Source: Pedosphaera sp.
Lineage (GTDB): Bacteria > Verrucomicrobiota > Verrucomicrobiia > Limisphaerales > SIBH01
Length of the DNA stretch: 54,818 bases
Reading direction: 5' to 3'
Assembly: GCA_031414955.1 (NCBI GenBank)
Contig: JANOQV010000217.1
Location: forward strand, 1-54,818
Part shown: in pieces, positions 20,365 to 29,482 of the stretch
Numbering within the stretch: the stretch's first letter is position 1
Layout: every line of letters begins with the position of its first letter
Position numbers and translations under genes: made by a program
The notes under the pieces: model-generated
What the model was told of the DNA's origin: nothing
Seen by the model: the letters and a program-made list of their open reading frames with translations, nothing else
Databases searched by the model: none

Positions 20365-21678
20365 ATGCCGAATGACCGCACGCCCCCGACCTTTGCCGAA
20401 GCCTGCCGCTTCTGGCTCAAGCTCGGCTGCATCAGCTTCGGCGGCCCCAGCGGGCAGATCGCCATCATGCACGAGGAAGTGGTGAAGCGCCGCCAATGGA
20501 TCAGCGAGGAGCGGTTCCTGCACGCGCTCAATTACTGCATGCTCCTGCCCGGCCCCGAAGCCATGCAACTCGCGACCTACATCGGCTGGCTGTTGCACCG
20601 CACCAGGGGCGGCATCGTGGCGGGCGCGCTTTTCGTCCTGCCCTCGGCCGGGCTGCTCTGGGGGTTGAGCCTGATCTACGTGCGCTGGGGCAGCGTGCCT
20701 TGGATCGCTGCCGTGCTCTACGGCTTGAAGCCCGCCGTGGTCGCACTGATCGCCGCCGCCGTGGCGCGCATCGGAACCAAGGCCTTGAAGACCCCGGCGC
20801 TTTACTCGATGGCGGCGCTGTCCTTCGGGGCGATTTATTTTCTGAACATCCCTTTCCCCGCGATCATCCTCGCCGCCGCCGGGCTGGGTTTTCTGGGCGA
20901 GCAATGGAGGAAGGCCCGCCGCACCGCGCCCGAGGACGCCGCGCCCGCTCGTCCCGAAGAAATTTCCGCCGCCGCGCCCGCCGAAGCCGCGCCGCACACC
21001 CGGCCTTCCCTGCGCCGCGCCCTCCGGGTGACGTTGGTCTCGGTCGGGTTGTGGTTCGCACCGGTGCTGGCCCTGGCGCTCTGGCTGGGCGCGGATCACA
21101 CTCTGGTCCAGCAGGGGATATTTTTCAGCAAGGCGGCCACGGTCACGTTCGGCGGCGCGTACGCGGTCCTGCCTTACGTGGCCCAGCAGGCCGTGGAGAA
21201 TTATCACTGGCTTACTCCGGCCCAGATGCTCGACGGGCTGGCCCTGGCCGAGACCACACCGGGACCGCTCATCATGGTGCTACAATTTGCCGGCTTCCTT
21301 GGCGGGTGGCATCAACCCGGCCCGCTCACTCCGTTGCTGGCCGCGACCCTTGGAGCATTCATCACCACCTGGACCACGTTCGTGCCGTGCTTCCTCTGGA
21401 TTTTTCTCGGCGCGCCGCACATCGAGCAGATGCGCGGCAACCTCAAGCTCACCGCCGCGCTGACTGCGGTGACGGCGGCGGTGGTGGGCGTGATCCTGGC
21501 GCTGGCCGTGAACTACGGCCGGCAAGTGCTCACGCCCGATCGCCAGGATCTCGACTGGTTCGCGGCGGTGCTGACCAGCGTGGCCTTCGTCGGATTGTGG
21601 CGCTGGAAGTGGAACGTGATCGCGGTGGTGCTGGGCGCGGGCGGGGCCGGTCTCATTTTCAAAATGTTGACGGCGTAG
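20365..21678 (+). CDS. chrA: Chromate efflux transporter (long-chain CHR)
   Basis: [46 protein letters not shown]. Confidence 0.93.
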   Translation: MPNDRTPPTFAEACRFWLKLGCISFGGPSGQIAIMHEEVVKRRQWISEERFLHALNYCMLLPGPEAMQLATYIGWLLHRTRGGIVAGALFVLPSAGLLWGLSLIYVRWGSVPWIAAVLYGLKPAVVALIAAAVARIGTKALKTPALYSMAALSFGAIYFLNIPFPAIILAAAGLGFLGEQWRKARRTAPEDAAPARPEEISAAAPAEAAPHTRPSLRRALRVTLVSVGLWFAPVLALALWLGADHTLVQQGIFFSKAATVTFGGAYAVLPYVAQQAVENYHWLTPAQMLDGLALAETTPGPLIMVLQFAGFLGGWHQPGPLTPLLAATLGAFITTWTTFVPCFLWIFLGAPHIEQMRGNLKLTAALTAVTAAVVGVILALAVNYGRQVLTPDRQDLDWFAAVLTSVAFVGLWRWKWNVIAVVLGAGGAGLIFKMLTA

Positions 21679-21682
21679 GTTT

Positions 21683-21751
21683 GTCCAAGGCCCAAGGTCC
21701 AAGGTCCAAAGTCATCCCACACTCCACGCGGCGCGACTTTGGACCTTGGAC
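21683..21751. repeat. Heptamer (GTCCAAG) hairpin element
   Basis: Four heptamers; perfect 17-bp inverted repeat 21697-21713/21735-21751 with a 21-nt loop. Confidence 0.8.
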
Positions 21752-21783
21752 ATTCGCAGCCGCCCCGGCAACATGGCCGGGCG

Positions 21784-22362
21784 ATGACCACCGCCAACAA
21801 AGTCACCATCGGCCGCATCCTTCTGGTGCCATTCTTCATTGCTTCGGTCATCTATTACGTCCGCACGGGGCTGGAGTGGTATCGCTGGATAGCCATCGGC
21901 TGCTTCGCGGTCGCGGCCATCAGCGATGGCATCGACGGGTTCATCGCGCGGCATTTCAATCAATGGAGCGAGCTGGGCACCATCCTCGACCCGCTCGCCG
22001 ACAAGCTGCTCCTGGTCTCCGGCATCGTGCTGCTCTCGTTTCCCAACGAGGGACGGCTGCCCGGCATTCCCCTCTGGCTCACCGTCACCATCCTGAGCCG
22101 CGACGTGCTGCTGCTGATCGGTTACGGGGTGATCCATTTCCTGGCCGGCGGCATGAAGGTGAAGCCTCACTTCCTCGGCAAGATCGCCACCGTGCTGCAA
22201 ATGGCCGCCGTGCTCTGGGCGCTCTTCAAGTGGGATGCGCAATGGCATTCGCACATCTGCCTCGCCGCCGCCGCGCTGACCACCGGGTCGGGATTGATTT
22301 ACCTCTTCGCCTGGATGCGGCTGGTGGCCAAACATCCGTCCAGTTCCCCCAGCCAGAAATAG
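21784..22362 (+). CDS. CDP-alcohol phosphatidyltransferase (PgsA-like)
   Basis: [22 protein letters not shown]...[13 protein letters not shown]. Confidence 0.9.
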   Translation: MTTANKVTIGRILLVPFFIASVIYYVRTGLEWYRWIAIGCFAVAAISDGIDGFIARHFNQWSELGTILDPLADKLLLVSGIVLLSFPNEGRLPGIPLWLTVTILSRDVLLLIGYGVIHFLAGGMKVKPHFLGKIATVLQMAAVLWALFKWDAQWHSHICLAAAALTTGSGLIYLFAWMRLVAKHPSSSPSQK

Positions 22363-22450
22363 GGCGGGGAGACGCGTGAACCGTGAGGTGTGAATGCGGC
22401 GTTGAATCCGTTGACGAATTCTCGCCTCCCGCCTCACCCTCCACCTCATT

Positions 22451-22930
<480 letters not shown>

Positions 22931-22939
22931 GCTTCGCCA

Positions 22940-23425
22940 TCACTTTGTTCTGCGCCGGCCCCGACTCTGACTCCCCGGCAATCGTTTCGCCAGGCGCAGT
23001 GTGCGCAGGAGTATCGGCAGCACCGCGCGGTCCTTGTCCCGATCAGCGGCGCGCTTGCTGGCGATGACACGGCGCAGGGGAAGCACCCGCACCGGCACGC
23101 CCTCCAATTTGCCCACGCCACATCGTTTCCACTCGGCGGCGAAGGAACGCAGGCCATCCGGCTGGAAGACGGCGTTCACCTGCGTGCCGTCGCGCAATTC
23201 ATAGACCGTCCGCGCGCGAATGGTTCCGCCCTGACGTTGCACGATGCCCAGCAGCCGGACGTATTGCCGCTCGGGCAGCCGCACCCAAAAATCATAGTCC
23301 ACCGTCATCAGCGGCGCACCCTGCTCGATGGCCGCCATGGGGCCGATGAGGATGCAGTCTATTTTTTCCGCGAGGAGTGCCTTAAGGAAAGCGCCGAGCG
23401 GGCTGTCTTGAGGCTGAAATGGCAT
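22940..23425 (-). CDS. Putative nucleotidyltransferase
   Basis: ILIG.MAA..QGAPLMTVDYDFW (DxD) and C-terminal IASKRAADRDKD. Confidence 0.7.
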   Translation of the reverse strand: MPFQPQDSPLGAFLKALLAEKIDCILIGPMAAIEQGAPLMTVDYDFWVRLPERQYVRLLGIVQRQGGTIRARTVYELRDGTQVNAVFQPDGLRSFAAEWKRCGVGKLEGVPVRVLPLRRVIASKRAADRDKDRAVLPILLRTLRLAKRLPGSQSRGRRRTK

Positions 23426-23559
23426 CGTTGTTGGGGAGACATGGCAAAGAAAAGTGCGTGCTGCCAAAGCTCATCGTCATCCAGCCCGCGCGCGCCGGCC
23501 AGCAGCCGGTAGATGCGCGCGGCGCGATCCGGCGTCTTGCTTGGCTCTTTCTTCGGCAC
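23359..23559 (-). CDS. Small hypothetical partner of the nucleotidyltransferase
   Basis: GTG start, 66 aa, includes AMSPQQR; overlaps the 5' end of the NTase gene. Confidence 0.5.
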   Translation of the reverse strand: MPKKEPSKTPDRAARIYRLLAGARGLDDDELWQHALFFAMSPQQRCHFSLKTARSALSLRHSSRKK

Positions 23560-23627
23560 GGGCAGAAGTTGAACGCAGGCTCTTGAGATGGCAAGTCCGG
23601 TATGCTTTGGGGGAGCACACAGACAAA

Positions 23628-24473
23628 TCAAAGCGGCTGGTTCCCACCCTGCAGCGGCACCGTCACCACCGAGACGCGGTGCTTCTTGGCCAGCACCTCG
23701 ACGCGCTCCTGGTTCAGCAACAGGGTCTGGCCCGCTTCGAGGGCCAGCACCGAGAGCCGTGCGGTGGCGCAGGTTTCGAGGGTCAGGTCGCCGACGCAGG
23801 GGATGTCCCAGCGCATGTCGTGTTGCTCCTTGGCCACCTTCACGGCCACGGCCCCGCCGTCCTTGCCGGACAGTTCGCCACCGCGCAGCAGGCACTTGTC
23901 CGTGCCCTCGAAGCCTTCCACCGCCAGGACCGCGCCGTTCTTCACCACCACGGACTGGCCGATCTCGAGCCGCGAAATTTCCTTGGCAATGCGGAACCCG
24001 TATTCCACGTCGGCCCGGAGTTCCTCGGTGAGCTTGGGGCCGAGTTGAAAACCCGCCTGGGGCATGACCGGACTCAGCCAGGGCGTGGCCGGGATCAGCT
24101 TGATGCCGTCCTTCATCATCTCGTCGGCGAAGAGACCGAACAGGGTGTGGGCATTCTTCTCCTTAAGCCTGAGCACCGCGGTGATGGTGCGCAGGTCGGG
24201 CCGCGCATCGAGGAAACTCTTGGGCGCGATCTTGCCGACCATGACGCAGTGGGCGACCTCGTTTTCCTGGAAGGCCTGGATGAGCTTGTTCGTCTGCCCG
24301 AACCTCAACCAGATCATCCGGTCCACCAACGGTTCGAGGTCGCGGTTGCTCAACCCCTCGAAGCCAATGGCCACCAACCGGCGGACGCCGAGCGCGCGGG
24401 CCTGCCGCGCCAGGACGAGGGGCAGCGACTGGTCGCCTGCGATGATGCCAAGGGTCTGAATTTGTTCTGTCAT
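23628..24473 (-). CDS. lpxI: UDP-2,3-diacylglucosamine diphosphatase LpxI
   Basis: LGIIAG..LP, EIGQSVVV, AVEGFEGTD, KVAK.QHDMRWDIPCVG. Confidence 0.9.
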   Translation of the reverse strand: MTEQIQTLGIIAGDQSLPLVLARQARALGVRRLVAIGFEGLSNRDLEPLVDRMIWLRFGQTNKLIQAFQENEVAHCVMVGKIAPKSFLDARPDLRTITAVLRLKEKNAHTLFGLFADEMMKDGIKLIPATPWLSPVMPQAGFQLGPKLTEELRADVEYGFRIAKEISRLEIGQSVVVKNGAVLAVEGFEGTDKCLLRGGELSGKDGGAVAVKVAKEQHDMRWDIPCVGDLTLETCATARLSVLALEAGQTLLLNQERVEVLAKKHRVSVVTVPLQGGNQPL

Positions 24474-24575
24474 TGCCGCGCGAGACGTTAGCGGGGGCGT
24501 CCCGGATGGCAAGCCGGAGCACTGGTGGAACCAGGGCAGACGCACCAAAATGTTTGGTTCCACGGGCTAAAACCT

Positions 24576-24653
24576 AAAATCCAAATCCCAAATAAGCTCC
24601 AAATTCCAAACTCCCATGGGAGTGCGAACGCCTGGTTTTGGGATTTGGGATTT
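24576..24653. repeat. Heptamer (AAATCCC-type) hairpin element
   Basis: aaaatccaaatcccaaataagctccaaattccaaa ... ttttgggatttgggattt. Confidence 0.7.
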
Positions 24654-24763
24654 CGTGCGAAACACCGCGAAATTAAATGCGTCTGCCCTGGAGGGAGAAC
24701 CCCCCGTGCTTTCGCGGCGGGGGCCGGGGCAATAAACTTCCACGGTCGGATTCAAGATGGTGA

Positions 24764-25483
24764 CTAAGCCCCGGCGAAACCCTGAAACTCCCGGGCGAGC
24801 GCGGCTTGAAAACTCCATCCCCGCCCTCGCCAATCGAAACGAAGCCGACCCGCGTGCAAGGCGTGATTGGACAGAATGAGTTGCCGTCGATCCTCGTCGG
24901 TCATCTCGCTGCGGACGAAACGCAGGTAAATCTGTTCGTCACGACCATAAATCTTGTCCCCCACGATCGGATGTCCGGCGTGCGCGAGGTGGATGCGAAT
25001 CTGGTGCTTGCGCCCGTTCTGCGGGCGCACGGTGAGTAAGGTGAAATCAGAACCGTCGCGCTGGAATCGGCGCACCACCCGGGCTTCGGTCCGGGCCGCC
25101 GCGCCATCCGGGCGCACCCCATCCTTGATGGCGACGGCGCTGCGCTCGTCCCGGCCGAGCGGAGCCTCCATGACGAGGGCTTCCTCCTCCACGAGGCCAT
25201 GCACGATGGCGGCGTATTCCTTTTCCACGGCGCTGCTCTCGATGAGCTTGCCCAATTCACCCGCGACCAGGGCCGACTTCGCCACCAGCACCAGGCCGCT
25301 GGTTTCTCGGTCGAGGCGGTTGACCAACCGCCCTTCCGCGTGGCCGAGATGCAAGCGCACCCGGCCGATGAGGCTGGAGCGTTCGTCGGTCTTGGTGGGA
25401 TGGCAGACGAGTCCGGCCGGCTTGTTCACGACCAGCAGGTCGGCGTCCTCATGGATGACTTCAAATAAATCGTTCACGGACAT
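24764..25483 (-). CDS. RluA-family RNA pseudouridine synthase
   Basis: VVNKPAGLVCHP, NRLDRETSGL, GRKHQIRIHLAHAGHPIVGDKIYG. Confidence 0.93.
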   Translation of the reverse strand: MSVNDLFEVIHEDADLLVVNKPAGLVCHPTKTDERSSLIGRVRLHLGHAEGRLVNRLDRETSGLVLVAKSALVAGELGKLIESSAVEKEYAAIVHGLVEEEALVMEAPLGRDERSAVAIKDGVRPDGAAARTEARVVRRFQRDGSDFTLLTVRPQNGRKHQIRIHLAHAGHPIVGDKIYGRDEQIYLRFVRSEMTDEDRRQLILSNHALHAGRLRFDWRGRGWSFQAALAREFQGFAGA

Positions 25484-25610
25484 TTCAGAAGGCAGCGTCG
25501 TTGGAGTCCACACTACAGCGCGTGCCCGGACAACCCGCAGGCTGTGCTCCGATGCGCCGCCCGCGCGAATCGCTTGTCAGCCCGCCGCGCTGGCGTAGCA
25601 TCAGCACCCG

Positions 25611-26231
25611 ATGTCTGGGAAGCGCAATGTCTGGCTGCCGGTGCTGCTCATGATCGTTTTTGCGATCACGCGCTGGCCGGGGATCATGCCGCAGAACTTC
25701 AGTGCCGCGTACGCGCTGTTCTTCTGCGCGGGCGCGTTTTTCCCGGCGGCGCTGGCCTGGTGGCTGCCCGTGCTGGTGATGCTCGGCGCGGATGTGGCCC
25801 TGAATGTTCTCCATTACCACAGCGCACCTCTGGGCTGGTACATGTTGGTGAATTACGCAGGCTACATCGTGCTGCTGGGCTTGGGCCGCAGGTTCGGCGC
25901 GCGCTCTTCCTTTCTCAAACTCCTCGCCGGCAGCCTGCTGGGCGCGGTCGTGTTCTATCTGCTCACCAACACCATGTCCTGGCTGCAACTGCCCTACGCC
26001 AAAACTTTTCTCGGCTGGTTCACCGCCCTGACCAAGGGCCTGGATGGTCTGCCGCCGACCTGGGAATTCTTTCGCAACACCCTGCTCAGTTCCGGCCTCT
26101 TCACCGCGCTCTTCGTCGGCTCGATGAAATATTCCGAGCATCTGGAAAGCGCGGCGGAGAAACGGGCGACGGACCCAACGACGGAGAAGGACGAGCACGA
26201 GGCCGTGGAACCGAAGCCGGAGGAAGCGTGA
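25611..26231 (+). CDS. Integral membrane protein, DUF6580-like putative transporter (ECF S-component-like)
   Basis: About 6 TM segments; P.NFS, VFYLLTN..SW, FFRNTLLS. Confidence 0.55.
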   Translation: MSGKRNVWLPVLLMIVFAITRWPGIMPQNFSAAYALFFCAGAFFPAALAWWLPVLVMLGADVALNVLHYHSAPLGWYMLVNYAGYIVLLGLGRRFGARSSFLKLLAGSLLGAVVFYLLTNTMSWLQLPYAKTFLGWFTALTKGLDGLPPTWEFFRNTLLSSGLFTALFVGSMKYSEHLESAAEKRATDPTTEKDEHEAVEPKPEEA

Positions 26232-26323
26232 TGGCGACGTGCTCAGGGTGCAGTGCGCAGCCTGACCAGACCCCAAGGTCGCGAATCAACTGACCAGGAC
26301 GCACTGATTACTCCTTCCCCACC

Positions 26324-26791
26324 ATGAAACTCGGCCTCATCTCCGACACCCACAACTACCTCGACCCGCGCGTGCCCAAGATTTTCGCCGGCGTCGATCA
26401 CATCCTGCACGCCGGCGACGTAGGGCAGCCGATGTTGCTCGTGGAACTGGAACAAATCGCCCCCGTGATCGCCGTGCTCGGCAACACTGACGAGGGGCTG
26501 GGACTGGCCCTCCGCCTGACCGAAACCATCGAACTAGGCGGGAAGAGGTTCCTGCTGCACCACATCGTCACGCCCGGTGCAGGACCGAGTTTTATTCCTG
26601 GACCAGCCAGCGCCGCCGTGCCCGAGGTCGTCATGTTCGGTCACACCCACAAACCGTTCGCCCAGCAGTTTGGCCGCACGCTTTTTTTCAATCCCGGGTA
26701 TGCGGGGCGACAGCGTTTCGATTTGGAGCGTAGTGTGGCCTTGATGGAGATCGGCCCCGACGGCATCACACATCGCTTCGTGCAATTGTGA
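26324..26791 (+). CDS. YfcE-family metallophosphoesterase
   Basis: ISDTH, HAGD, GNTD, FGHTH, NPG. Confidence 0.92.
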   Translation: MKLGLISDTHNYLDPRVPKIFAGVDHILHAGDVGQPMLLVELEQIAPVIAVLGNTDEGLGLALRLTETIELGGKRFLLHHIVTPGAGPSFIPGPASAAVPEVVMFGHTHKPFAQQFGRTLFFNPGYAGRQRFDLERSVALMEIGPDGITHRFVQL

Positions 26792-26891
26792 CGGCAAGCC
26801 GGGCGGCGAGGCTTCTTTGAAGGCGTGAACAGTCGCCCCATGGACAACGCATCGCAGGGATGAAATGCCCCTGCGAGGTTCGATTTCCTCC

Positions 26892-26994
26892 CATCTTTCT
26901 GCCCGCAAATCTTTCTGCCATGAACTCCGGCGTCGCTGCGTTCCTCATGTCGACCCGGGGATTCATGGCAGAAAGATTTACCGGCAGAAACATG
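26892..26994. repeat. Long palindromic element with duplicated ATCTTTCTGCC arms
   Basis: catctttctgcc..aaatctttctgccatgaa ... ttcatggcagaaagattt..ggcagaaacatg. Confidence 0.8.
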
Positions 26995-27114
26995 CGGGGC
27001 GCACTCCCGGATTTGGCGCCGCGCCTGTGACAGGAAGACCTCAAGTGGTGGAGAGCCTTGGATGTCTGCCCTTTGCGCTCTGGCGTTTCTCGCGCGTTTC
27101 CCTATCCTCCGGGC

Positions 27115-27480
27115 ATGGACCATTCGCCTGGATTCTTGAAAATCGTGAACGAAGCCCGCTCTCGGGTGGAAGAAATCACCCTCGACGAAGCGGACCGCAA
27201 ACTGGCTGCTAATCCCAGCGCAGTCCTGCTCGACGTGCGCGAGGACAGTGAATGGCAGGCCGGCCATGCCGCGTCCGCCTTGCATCTCGGCAAGGGCATT
27301 CTGGAGCGCGACCTCGAGAAGCGGTTCCCAGACCTGGACACCGAACTCATCATGTATTGCGGCGGCGGCTACCGCTCGGCGCTGACCTGCGAAGTGGCGC
27401 AACGCATGGGCTACCGGAAAGTTTTCTCCCTCATGGGCGGCTATCAGGCGCTCGTCGCCTCCGGTTGGCCGATGGCCTGA
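27115..27480 (+). CDS. Rhodanese-like domain protein
   Basis: LLDVREDSEWQAGH, active-site loop YCGGGYRS. Confidence 0.9.
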   Translation: MDHSPGFLKIVNEARSRVEEITLDEADRKLAANPSAVLLDVREDSEWQAGHAASALHLGKGILERDLEKRFPDLDTELIMYCGGGYRSALTCEVAQRMGYRKVFSLMGGYQALVASGWPMA

Positions 27481-27486
27481 CACCCA

Positions 27487-27894
27487 GTGAACCAATCCCG
27501 CACTCTCTACGATCGGCTCGGCGGCCACGAAGCAATCCTCCTGCTCATCACGCCGTTCTACTTCGATGTGCGGCAGCACCAACTGCTCGAGCCCATCTTC
27601 AACGCCCACATCACGGACTGGCCGGCGCACCTCGCGCACATCACGGACTTCTGGGCGCGGCAAACGGGAGGGCCTTCGCGTTACGGCGGCGGGTTTGCCG
27701 CCGCGCACCTTCAATTAGGCATCACGCCCGAACATGTCGGAACCTGGCTGGAACTTTGGGATTTCAACTGCCGCCGACAGTTGCCCGCCGATCAGGCCAC
27801 CGAGATGAGCGCCCTGGCCCGGAGCATCGGAACGCAGTTGCAGAAGATTCTCGCCGGGCGCAGCGGTCTCTCCCTCGGCACCGACAGCCAGTAA
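27487..27894 (+). CDS. Group III truncated hemoglobin
   Basis: LYDRLGG, FY..VR, PIF, DWPAHL..ITDFW, AAH, WLELW. Confidence 0.85.
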   Translation: MNQSRTLYDRLGGHEAILLLITPFYFDVRQHQLLEPIFNAHITDWPAHLAHITDFWARQTGGPSRYGGGFAAAHLQLGITPEHVGTWLELWDFNCRRQLPADQATEMSALARSIGTQLQKILAGRSGLSLGTDSQ

Positions 27895-27944
27895 CATCCG
27901 GAGCCGGCCGTTTCGCGACCGGCCACCGCTGTTTGATTCGCGGG

Positions 27945-28946
<1,002 letters not shown>

Positions 28947-28961
28947 GGGCGGGAATGTTGC

Positions 28962-28987
28962 AGGTTGAAAGTTGAAGGTTGAAGGTT
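28962..28987. repeat. Left arm of a 26-bp perfect inverted repeat (GGTTGAA heptamers)
   Basis: aggttgaaagttgaaggttgaaggtt is the exact reverse complement of 29442-29467. Confidence 0.92.
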
Positions 28988-28989
28988 TT

Positions 28990-29382
28990 TCACGGTTTTC
29001 GGACGCGGGTTTTCATCCGGCACGTTTCGAGGTAGCGGATGAAAGTGGCGATGCGCCGGGACAGCGTGACCGTGGACTGGCGCAACTCCTCGAATCTTTT
29101 TTCGCTGACGTATTCTTGGTCCAACGCCACGTAAAGCTGTGACCGCACCTCGCCGTTCGAGCCTTTGGCGATGTTCAGAAACTGCACGAACTCCTTGCGC
29201 GAGCCGCGCTCGAAGCCCTCCGCGATGTTCGACATGACGGAAGTGGCGGCACGGCGTATCTGGCTCTTGAGATCACGGTCGAGCGCGAAGGGCTTGAGTT
29301 TGGAAGCAGCGTAAATTTCTTTCACGAGCTGGCGGGCGGCCTGCCACACTTCCAATTCCTCGAACGACTGAACCGTTGCCAT
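28990..29382 (-). CDS. Four helix bundle protein (23S rRNA IVS-protein/Avd-like family)
   Basis: FEELEVWQ.A, L.SQIRRAATSVMSNIAEGFERGS.KEF.QFL.IAKGS.GEV.SQL. Confidence 0.93.
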   Translation of the reverse strand: MATVQSFEELEVWQAARQLVKEIYAASKLKPFALDRDLKSQIRRAATSVMSNIAEGFERGSRKEFVQFLNIAKGSNGEVRSQLYVALDQEYVSEKRFEELRQSTVTLSRRIATFIRYLETCRMKTRVRKP

Positions 29383-29441
29383 AAATTCGTCCTCCAGTTG
29401 GTTTGGTATGATTTTCCCCGAGAGTGTCGAACTGCCGAAGG

Positions 29442-29467
29442 AACCTTCAACCTTCAACTTTCAACCT
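29442..29467. repeat. Right arm of the 26-bp perfect inverted repeat
   Basis: aaccttcaaccttcaactttcaacct, with further heptamer-like bases to about 29473. Confidence 0.92.
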
Positions 29468-29482
29468 TCAACTCGCCGCGCC

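Noticed and set aside
28990..29382. Four-helix-bundle gene as part of a DGR (Avd) or an rRNA intervening sequence
   Set aside because: There is no reverse transcriptase, TR/VR pair or rRNA sequence in the window, and the flanks are protein-coding genes.
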